This document shows, one piece after another, positions 55,685 to 64,000 of a stretch of 64,000 nt of DNA. The position numbers and the translations under genes were made by a program. Location: assembly GCA_963693365.1 (NCBI GenBank), contig CAVNZM010000005.1, positions 6,207,167 through 6,271,166 of the forward strand, read 5' to 3'. Each line of letters begins with the position of its first letter. Within the stretch, counting starts at the first letter, position 1. This stretch comes from Amoebidium appalachense (lineage: Eukaryota > Protista > Ichthyosporea). The notes under the pieces were generated by a model, which worked only from the letters and a program-made list of their open reading frames with translations, was not told the DNA's origin and ran no database searches.

Positions 55685-58600
55685 CCCTGCAGCAGCACCC
55701 CACCCCCCCAGCAGCCCACCTGTCTCAGACAGGGAGGCAGTGGGAGGAGTGGGAGGCAACCATGCGGGAGCAACTACAACTATACAGGTCCCAACTCCGA
55801 AGGAAACGGCAAAAACTCCTTTGGCTACGGGCAACAGCAGCAGCAGAAGCACGGTGCAAGCGTATGGTGGACGAACTCCGGCGAGCACTAAGCAGCATTT
55901 TAGACCGGGGGAGTGTGAACGTCTCGGCTACGTTAGTCAAGCACGTCACCCCAACGGGCACTGAGTACCTCACGGAGTGGGCTGACACGGAGCCCGTCAT
56001 TCGTGAAACTTATCACCGGTGGACGGCCCGCAGGAACCCACACATCGAGGAGATGCTCGCCGACCCAATGTGGGCCGACATCTATCGACCGATCCCCCCC
56101 GAAGACTCCCCATTAGGGTCTATAATGCACCCGGCCACCCACGACGAGCTCCAACAGATCGTCCAAAGCCGACAGGGGGGGAAGGCCCCCGGCCCAACGG
56201 AAATCCAGTACGAATACTTCCAACACCTGGGGCCAAAGGGGCTAGCATGGCTCCTACATATCATCAACGGATGTCTAGCCACGGGGACCACACCGAGGTC
56301 ATGGCTGCACCACACCATCCATCCCCTACCGAAAGGGGAATGGGAAGGTGACTTCGACAAAACCCGACCGATAGCACTCTTGGAAACGGCACGGAAGCTG
56401 CTAGAATCGGTCATCAACCAGCGCCTACTCTCGATCTTCCGGCAGTACCCCACCCTCCTCCCGGGGGGGAATTTTGGGTTCGTGCCGGGCCCGGGTATCG
56501 ACGGGGCGCTGGCTATCATCCGAGAGACGATAGAGGATGCCATAGACCACGACCAGGAACTATGGATCGTCCAACAGGACATTAAGAGGGCATATGACAC
56601 GGTGTCTTGGCCCTCGGTGGAACTGGGGCTCACCCGCCTGGGCACAGACCCCCAGCTAATCACCCTCCTCCGGCACATGTGGCACAGTCGTACGGCCACG
56701 GTGTGCACAGACCAGGGGCAGTCTGAGTCTTTCCCTGTTGAAAACGGCCTGGCCCAAGGGGCTGTCCTCTCCCCCATTCTGTGGATTATTTTCTACGATC
56801 CAGTTTTAACAGCCATCAAAAGGCACGGCAAGGGGTACACTTTCCACCTACCCCCACAGACACAGCACCACACACCGGCACAAACACCCCCGTGTGTGAC
56901 GTCTGTAGCCTTCGCCGACGACACAACATGGTTTGGCCCCAACAAGGAGAGCATCCAGCAAACTCTCGATTTATCTGCCCCCTTTTTTTATTACCATGAC
57001 TTGGAACCACACCCAGACAAGTTTTCAGTCCTCGCCCGTGGTACCCCAACACGGGCAACAGTGGCCCCCATGCAGTACCGCAAATCCCCGGGAGCACCAC
57101 CCCTACCCATTCAGATCGAGCTCCCCGATGCAAACATCAGAGTGCTAGGGGTCAACATCACCCTCCAACGACACACCCGGCCCAACGATGGGAAGGCCAT
57201 GCAGCTGACATTACGGGCCACCACCATACTAGCCCGTAAAATGCTGGCACCCAGCCAAGTGATCTACGTAGCCAACAGTGTGGTGGCCCCGGCCATCCTC
57301 TTCCTCCTCAAAGGGTCAGTCATCAGCAACACCACCATGCAGGCAATCGACAGCAAGTGGAGAGACCTACTCCGTCGGAAGTGTGGTTTCCACCGGAGCA
57401 CCCCGTCCGGGCTGCTACACCATCCCACTCTAGGGGGACTGGCCAGCATCGTCGAATCAGCAGCCAGCACCATGGTTACGGAGCTGTGTGCCCTGCTGGA
57501 AACACCAGGACCAGCAGGGGACGTGGTCCGGTACCGAGCCTGGCAGCAGCAACACGTGACAGGCCTACCCTACCCACCCCTGCAAGCACCCCCAGCCAAA
57601 CTTTACAGGCTAGGGGGAAAGCAGCTCCACAACTATTGGGCCCATATCACGGGGATCCTTCACGAGCGGCACCTGAGTATTGGGGAAACCCCTCCCCAAA
57701 AAACACAAGCACCCCCACCCCACCCCCCCTCCCCCCAAGGAGAAGGAGGGGAAGCAGCAACAACAACCAGCACCCCTATCAACACCGTTTTCCCGGACCA
57801 CACCTTTGCGGCCCACATCGGCCCCCACACACACCCCCGTCAACTCTACACGGTGGAGGACACCATGGTACGGCCGGGGGTGTTCCGGGCGTTCCCCGAA
57901 CTGCCCCACCCCCCAGACCTACTACACCCGGGAGCTACACAGTGGTACAGGTCCATCATCAAGGGGGCCATCCCCATCGCAGACAAACTACGGCCAGCAC
58001 CCAGACCACACACCCACCACACCATTGACCTCGTGCCAAACCACCCCGTCGGTGCATTCGTGGTGGAAATAGTCAAGAACGGGCAATACGAACTCAGCCA
58101 GGTGGTGGCCCACACCACCCACAACGGGGAGGCTTGGGTCAAAATAGCCCATCTACGGGACAACACAGAGGAGGAGGGGCTGAGATGGCACCGACCCACG
58201 TGGAACGACCCACATGGAACAGCCCATTTCCGCTTTTGCCCTGGTGACTGCAAATACGGCCACTCCCCATGGAACCTAGCCTACACCCCGGCCACCCTCT
58301 CCCCCAACCCCGGGTACGCAGACGGAGAGGGGGAAGGGTTAGACACGGAGCCAGAATCGGAGTCGACGGGGCCCAGCGACGACTCCGACGACTCAGAGGA
58401 CTCTAACACCGACAGCACCAACAGCAAATACGAGCCCCCTGAGCCCCCAGCAGATAATCACACCCACAACAAGCAGTGTGTGGGGTGGACCCGTGCTGTG
58501 GAGGTGATACGGGCAGACCCCTACGTGGCCTTCAAGACCCGAATCACCACCCACATGGTAGTCCCGAAGTACCACAAGGACTTCATCAACACCGACAGTA

Positions 58601-60756
58601 TCGACATCTACCAAGTCATCGCACTGAAGGATGGCTCCGATCCGGCCGAGCAGTGGAGGAAGATACACCATTTCCGGCGGCATCTTCCCCCCCACCAACA
58701 GGCATCACCCCAGATGCTCCACCTGCAAGCCAACGAGGAAGCCACACCCTTACCGGGGGACCTCCCCGGCCCACCCCCCCCCCAGCAGCCACCACCGGTA
58801 GGGTCACCACCAGGACACAAGTGCACGGCCCACCCGGCTGACCTGCCGAGCCCACCCACTCCCCGTAGGCTCACCTACACCGACTTGGTGCCCCAGGCCA
58901 CCTATGACGAGTGGCAGCAGCAAATCACCCTGATCCCCCCAGACCAACCGATCACCGTTTATACGGACGGCAGCCTCATCCACCCGGGCAGGAGGATAGC
59001 CCAGGCCGGAGCCGGGGCGGTACTGGACACCCCGGACCGGAAAGCACCTCCAGTGACGGCCAAGACCAGGCTCCATACGGCCCTATCATCCACCCAAGCC
59101 GAACTCACAGGGGTACTACTAGCCCTCCTGCTCACCCCCACCACCACCCCCATCCACATCAAGCTCGATAACCTCGGAGTAGTCGACCGATGGACGGCAA
59201 ATATAGACCCCACCACACCCCCTCGACGCAAGCTAAAGTTCCCCCACATAGTGGAATGGGCTCACGTACGAGACCAACTCTCTCTCCGGCAACCAGGCTC
59301 TGTACAGGTATCGAGGGTGAAGGGGCACCAATCCAACACCAAACGGTACGGTCAACGGAATAACGAGGCAGACAAGGCAGCCAATGCAGGAAGAGTCCTC
59401 CCCCTCCCCCCCCCCCTACCTCCGGCCCCGGGGGGGGGGGGGAAATACTTCCTACGACTACAAGGCCACCGTATCCCCGGCAACATTCCCGGTACACTGA
59501 ACCGGTTGAACAAGGACTTCCTCACCGACATGGCCGGCAAGACCAAGGCTATGTCCATACTAGCCGACCCCAGACTGCTCCCAGCCGAACGGAACCCCCT
59601 CAAGCTCAACAAGGGGCCCACACAGGCAACCATCGGGGCAGTCAGAGGAAACACTCGTAGCCTGTCCCTGGCCATGGGCACCCTGCCTACCATGGCACGG
59701 CTACACCGAGATCACCCCACCGTCGTTACACAGCCCACATGCCCCCGGTGCAGCCAGCACCCTGAGACCACCACCAACCTCTGGGCCTGCCCGGCCCATG
59801 CCGGGGAAGTCCCCACCCTGACCACCGCCATCACAGCCTGCATCCACAACGTCCTGCACACTCGTCATCCAAACACCCCCACGGCACAGCACCACCATAC
59901 GGCAGCCACGGTGGTAGACCAATGTGCATGGATAAACTGGATAGGAGGCAACGGTGACCCACCTGACCCCGAAGACACCAAGTGGGTCGAACGGGGATTC
60001 TGCCCACGATCGGTGGGCCCACTACTTGCAGCCACCGGCACCACCAAGACCACCACCCGGGCCATCTTAGGAAAAATCACAGTAGAGTTGCAATCCTTTT
60101 TCTTTTCAAAAATCTGGCACCCACGGAACACAACACTCCCCCCCACCCACCCTAAAATGCAAAAACACCACCATATACCCACCACCCGTAGAAAGAAAAG
60201 TATGGCTCTCCAAAAACCCAAAAAACCAACAAATACACCCCCCACACACACCCGGCCGGCCTGTTCTGAATGCCGGAACACCCACAGACCCGGTGTGCCC
60301 TGTAAAACCCACCTTTTAGTCCACAAAAACATCGCCACAACATACGTACACCAACACATAATGTTAGGCAGCAACCCCCCACCACCACCACCACCACACC
60401 CCATCATCCACCCATACCCACCGTAAATATTATACACAACACCTAGGACTTCCCAATACTGTAGATCGACCAATGAGAGCCCTCGGTTAACGTTTATTGC
60501 TAGGTTTTGAATGGAGGGGAGGACTGGAGCCTCCTGCCGGCGTGGCTGGGGTAGTAGCCCTGGGCAAAGTGTGTACTTATAGTTAGGTTGTGAAGGATGG
60601 TTTAGCTTAGCTGAACTCATAGATAGCACCTTAACTAGTGTACTGTCGGTGCTGTGTGGTAGACGGTAGTTTCCCTAGAGGGCCTGAAAAGGCCCTCCGG
60701 GAACAAAACGTGATAAAATAAAAAAAAATAAAAAATAAAAAATAAAAAAAAAAATA
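55685..60756 (+). mobile_element. Family-2 non-LTR retrotransposon (RT + RNase H), 5'-truncated, A-rich tail, 17-bp TSD
   Basis: TSD AAGGCAGCCCGATTGAT at 55668-55684 and 60757-60773; (TAAAAA)n tail at 60714-60756; large intact ORF. Confidence 0.95.
55762..60426 (+). CDS. 1554-aa polyprotein: RT, long linker with acidic insert, RNase H, C-terminal zinc knuckles; N-terminal endonuclease presumably lost by truncation
   Basis: RT: KAPGP, TRPIALLE, QDIKRAYDTV, GLAQGAVLSP, FADD, RVLGV. RNase H catalytic set: YTDGS, QAELTG, KLDN, VKGH, NNEADKAA. Zinc knuckles: CPRC..ETTTNLWAC and CSECRNTH..PC. Confidence 0.95.
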   Translation: MREQLQLYRSQLRRKRQKLLWLRATAAAEARCKRMVDELRRALSSILDRGSVNVSATLVKHVTPTGTEYLTEWADTEPVIRETYHRWTARRNPHIEEMLADPMWADIYRPIPPEDSPLGSIMHPATHDELQQIVQSRQGGKAPGPTEIQYEYFQHLGPKGLAWLLHIINGCLATGTTPRSWLHHTIHPLPKGEWEGDFDKTRPIALLETARKLLESVINQRLLSIFRQYPTLLPGGNFGFVPGPGIDGALAIIRETIEDAIDHDQELWIVQQDIKRAYDTVSWPSVELGLTRLGTDPQLITLLRHMWHSRTATVCTDQGQSESFPVENGLAQGAVLSPILWIIFYDPVLTAIKRHGKGYTFHLPPQTQHHTPAQTPPCVTSVAFADDTTWFGPNKESIQQTLDLSAPFFYYHDLEPHPDKFSVLARGTPTRATVAPMQYRKSPGAPPLPIQIELPDANIRVLGVNITLQRHTRPNDGKAMQLTLRATTILARKMLAPSQVIYVANSVVAPAILFLLKGSVISNTTMQAIDSKWRDLLRRKCGFHRSTPSGLLHHPTLGGLASIVESAASTMVTELCALLETPGPAGDVVRYRAWQQQHVTGLPYPPLQAPPAKLYRLGGKQLHNYWAHITGILHERHLSIGETPPQKTQAPPPHPPSPQGEGGEAATTTSTPINTVFPDHTFAAHIGPHTHPRQLYTVEDTMVRPGVFRAFPELPHPPDLLHPGATQWYRSIIKGAIPIADKLRPAPRPHTHHTIDLVPNHPVGAFVVEIVKNGQYELSQVVAHTTHNGEAWVKIAHLRDNTEEEGLRWHRPTWNDPHGTAHFRFCPGDCKYGHSPWNLAYTPATLSPNPGYADGEGEGLDTEPESESTGPSDDSDDSEDSNTDSTNSKYEPPEPPADNHTHNKQCVGWTRAVEVIRADPYVAFKTRITTHMVVPKYHKDFINTDSIDIYQVIALKDGSDPAEQWRKIHHFRRHLPPHQQASPQMLHLQANEEATPLPGDLPGPPPPQQPPPVGSPPGHKCTAHPADLPSPPTPRRLTYTDLVPQATYDEWQQQITLIPPDQPITVYTDGSLIHPGRRIAQAGAGAVLDTPDRKAPPVTAKTRLHTALSSTQAELTGVLLALLLTPTTTPIHIKLDNLGVVDRWTANIDPTTPPRRKLKFPHIVEWAHVRDQLSLRQPGSVQVSRVKGHQSNTKRYGQRNNEADKAANAGRVLPLPPPLPPAPGGGGKYFLRLQGHRIPGNIPGTLNRLNKDFLTDMAGKTKAMSILADPRLLPAERNPLKLNKGPTQATIGAVRGNTRSLSLAMGTLPTMARLHRDHPTVVTQPTCPRCSQHPETTTNLWACPAHAGEVPTLTTAITACIHNVLHTRHPNTPTAQHHHTAATVVDQCAWINWIGGNGDPPDPEDTKWVERGFCPRSVGPLLAATGTTKTTTRAILGKITVELQSFFFSKIWHPRNTTLPPTHPKMQKHHHIPTTRRKKSMALQKPKKPTNTPPTHTRPACSECRNTHRPGVPCKTHLLVHKNIATTYVHQHIMLGSNPPPPPPPHPIIHPYPP

Positions 60757-61963
60757 AAGGCAGCCCGATTGATTGCAGTTCTCATCAGCTGTCAGTCACT
60801 GTTGATTACTGAGCTACACTTTCATCATTTCTTTTCTATTTTCTTGTTTCCCCACCCACCATCCCTATACACACACGGTATCACAACCTGTTTCTTTAAT
60901 TTGGTATTTAGCGCTTACCATAACTTTGCACAAGGTGACCGACCCAAGGGAAGTGTTTTCGTCCAGGAACGGACTGTGATTCCATGTTCCACGGTTTTGC
61001 CTTCCCGGCCACAGGCTTGCCTCGGGTCTAAACACTCCCTAATAAACAATGATGACTGGGGTCTGCCGGGTCCTACAGACCTTGCAGGCTCCTTTCGTCC
61101 GGCGGAGGTGCCCCTAGGCACCACCTCCAGAGGCACACAACGGGTCACAGTGTCGGCATAGATTACTAGTATATTACTAGTATAAGTTAACATGTGTTGA
61201 TGTAGTTTTTTATATGGGTGGGTGGTGGTGATGATGGTGGAGTAGTGGCGGTGTGTGCGTGCGTGCGTGCGTGCGTGCGTGCGTGTGTGCGTGCGTGCGT
61301 GCGTCGTGTGTTGGAGGGCGGAGGGAGAATACCAAGTAAAAAGGGAGGCGGTGGGGGTATGACCTCCCCCCCCCCCCCCCCCCCCCCCCGGCATTGAGGG
61401 GTGTAACCTCGGTCATGAGAGCCCCCTCCTCCCCCCTCCCCCTCTCCCCCCCCCCTCTTTCCCATTATCCCAGACATCAGGATTATCAATACTGGGATTC
61501 TGTTGCTTGTTAAGCAAACTGACGATGGAGTGGTTGCCCCCCCCTCCCCCTCCCCCCCCTCCCGCCCCTCAAACCCCCCCCCCCACCCTCCTCCCTTCCT
61601 TCTGTAACACCTTCCCTGATGATAACCTCGCTCGTAACCCCCCCCCCCCCCCCTTCCCCCCCCCCCCCCCCTCCCCCCCCCCCCCGCCTCTCCCCCCTGT
61701 TCCTCCCTCTTCCCCACGCACGCAATCACCCACCCACCCACCCACCCAACACCCACCCACCCCCCTGGCCATCCACCCCGTTTTCTTTTTTATTGATGCT
61801 CTCTTGGAGCAAATACCAAATATGTCACGAACACTAGGAGCGGAAGTCCAAGCGGGAGTGGGGAGAGAAACCGGGATGGTAGATGAATATGATATATATG
61901 TGTCTGTTTGTGTCTGTGTGTGTGTCTGTGTGTGCGCGTGTGTGACTGTGTGGGTGGGTGGGG

Positions 61964-62010
<47 letters not shown>

Positions 62011-62257
62011 GAGGGGGGGGGGGGGCATGCTTTTTGCCTTTTACTTCGTTTTGGATCTTGTGCAGCTTGTGCGCAGTCCTAAATTTGTCGTCTCAAGGTT
62101 ACATGATGGAAGTTCCTGCCAAAAATTGCAAGCCTTCTTAGATATGTGGATTTTTTTTTTTAGATATGCGGATTCTACCTTTTGAGTAATTTTAAAGCTC
62201 TGCCCCCCTCACTCCCCATGCCCCCTCCCTCAGTTGCCTTATCCCCTAATCACGGTA

Positions 62258-62331
<74 letters not shown>

Positions 62332-63577
62332 AAAAAAAAGAAAAAAGAAAACAAAAAAAAACACCAACACCACCATAATCACAATGCAACCACGGCTAAT
62401 CACAACACCCACTCTACCGCTTCTACTTGCAACAATATTGAACAAGCTGGGGGCACTGTGTGCTCAGTCGTACACGACTGTGAAAGAGAGTTGCGCTCAC
62501 GCAGGGGTACACACATGCACTCACAAACACACGCACACACAAACACACACGCACGAACACGTACGCATGCACACGCACGCGCGCACACGCACAAGCGGAC
62601 ACACACACATGAAAGTAGACGCCCCTAGCCACACAACGTGGCACACGCAAGTACGCACACAAGCACGCACGCACACACATGGACACGCAGGCACACGCAC
62701 ACGCACACGCACACGCACACACGCATGCACACACACACACACACACGCACGCACATCACACACATCACGGCCGTCACACGCACAAACCAGCCAGAGACAC
62801 ACACACACACACAAACTCAAATCGTCGCATAACAGGCCACACACACGCATGTACACAGATGCACATGCGCGCACACACGCACACAGGCGGAGAATACGCA
62901 CACATGCGGGCTTGGCCATCTAGCCCTATGAAACACACACACACACATGCACTAGTTTGTATTCAATCACACAGACAGGAACACACACGCACGCACACGA
63001 GAGCGCATGCACGCACACACGAATGCCCATAGGCACGCACACACCCTTAACATGTGCGTGCGCGCACACGCATACACACACACGCACACCTACACACGCC
63101 CACACACACACGCGCGCGCGCACGCCCGCACACACACAAACACGCAATAGTTGATAGCCCGCACACACAGCATGCTACATGTACACACGCACACAAGCAC
63201 ACAAGCACGCATATGCATGCACTTGCAGGCTCGTTGACAGTTTTTACGTGCTGGCCTGCATGCTAGCCTCACTAGGCGAAAGCCAACCAGGTCCTATCGT
63301 CACCATCGCACATCCATTCGAATACCGTGCGCATGCGGATACTAAATTATTGAAGACGCGGATATCGATATCCGACAGCCAATGCATAAATAACACGGAC
63401 ACGCCTGGGCGGTACACGTTTGATACACGTAGAGATACATACCCCCGGCACACGCATGCACGGGCGTGCTCGTGCGTGAAGGACGCGCGCACACATACCT
63501 AATATTAGTCCTTTGTGTATTCATTAGTTCAGTGTACTGCATGTTTTACCGATAAAACGGGCACGAACTTCTGTTAC

Positions 63578-63743
63578 CATAAAAGGCAATGGGTTTTCGT
63601 GTCGAATATTGATCTGCCGCCGTGCCGCCTGCGACCGTTGCTGAACCTGGTCCTTCGAAGAAGCAGATTTCTGAACTAAGTACTTGCGTGATATATAAAA
63701 AGCACACCTTAAGTATTACTAATAGTAATGGCCATTGCAGCAT
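63578..63743 (-). CDS. Possible first exon of a secreted protein (downstream exons not resolved)
   Basis: MLQWPLLLVILKVCFLYITQVLSSEIC... looks like a signal peptide and ends at a GTAAC donor. CCAAT motifs lie upstream at 63845-63970. Confidence 0.3.
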
Positions 63744-64000
63744 TTGTCCAGCTTTATTGATTTTTTTGATGTTGTTGATGTTTTTTTTCTTGGAAAAGCA
63801 AAGCATTCGTGTGACTTTTGTGTAATTGATATAGCGTTATGTTTGATTGGTCACCTTATTTTATTGATCGCAGCCTGCCAATAAGAAACAAAAAGCTAGC
63901 CAATCATCCGAAGCCTCCCCATGGAGCGGTAACTGTGGCGCATTCCTTTCTCTACCCAACACCAATCACAGAAAGGGTGGATCTTGGAACTGCCAGGTAA

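Noticed and set aside
60625-60655. GCACC...GTCGGTGC resembling the tracrRNA terminal hairpin
   Set aside because: Short coincidental similarity. No Cas9/IscB/TnpB/Fanzor motif is seen in any nearby ORF.
60769-61161. 130-aa ORF or C/D snoRNA (ATGATGA at ~61049) downstream of the LINE
   Set aside because: Non-ATG start, no motif, and no matching D box or terminal stem found.

Overview
Eukaryotic, intron-rich genomic DNA. Introns and intergenic regions are packed with (CA)n/(GT)n and (GA)n microsatellites and long poly-G/poly-C tracts, so most ORFs in the supplied track are low-complexity artefacts. Supportable host genes, with exons rebuilt by hand from GT-AG sites and frame continuity: (1) a secreted tandem-DOMON protein (<1-5216, minus); (2) a three-copy family of intronless MGxxxS / C-terminal-TM genes (one intact, two frameshifted) in an inverted segmental duplication; (3) a 14-exon type II membrane protein with a mucin-like stalk, an EGF domain and a Pmp-like beta-helix (24223-35183); (4) an intronless Ser/Thr kinase (41579-42565); (5) BORCS7 (48240-54271). 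Mobile content includes two non-LTR retrotransposon families, each with an apparently conserved, structured 3' RNA module. Family 1 (RT ORF 45485-47374, minus) is fused at its 5' end to a 5'-truncated 5S rRNA. It carries ~195 nt beyond its A-tract, and its two copies share a TTCAAAATGRCG flank. Family 2 (RT-RNase H, 55685-60756, 17-bp TSD) sits in a TATA box, and its ~200-nt 3' module also occurs twice on its own with TSDs and nearly the same 5' end. There is also a Tc1/mariner-type MITE, a structured intronic repeat family, and several tandem repeats. The organism cannot be identified from the sequence alone.
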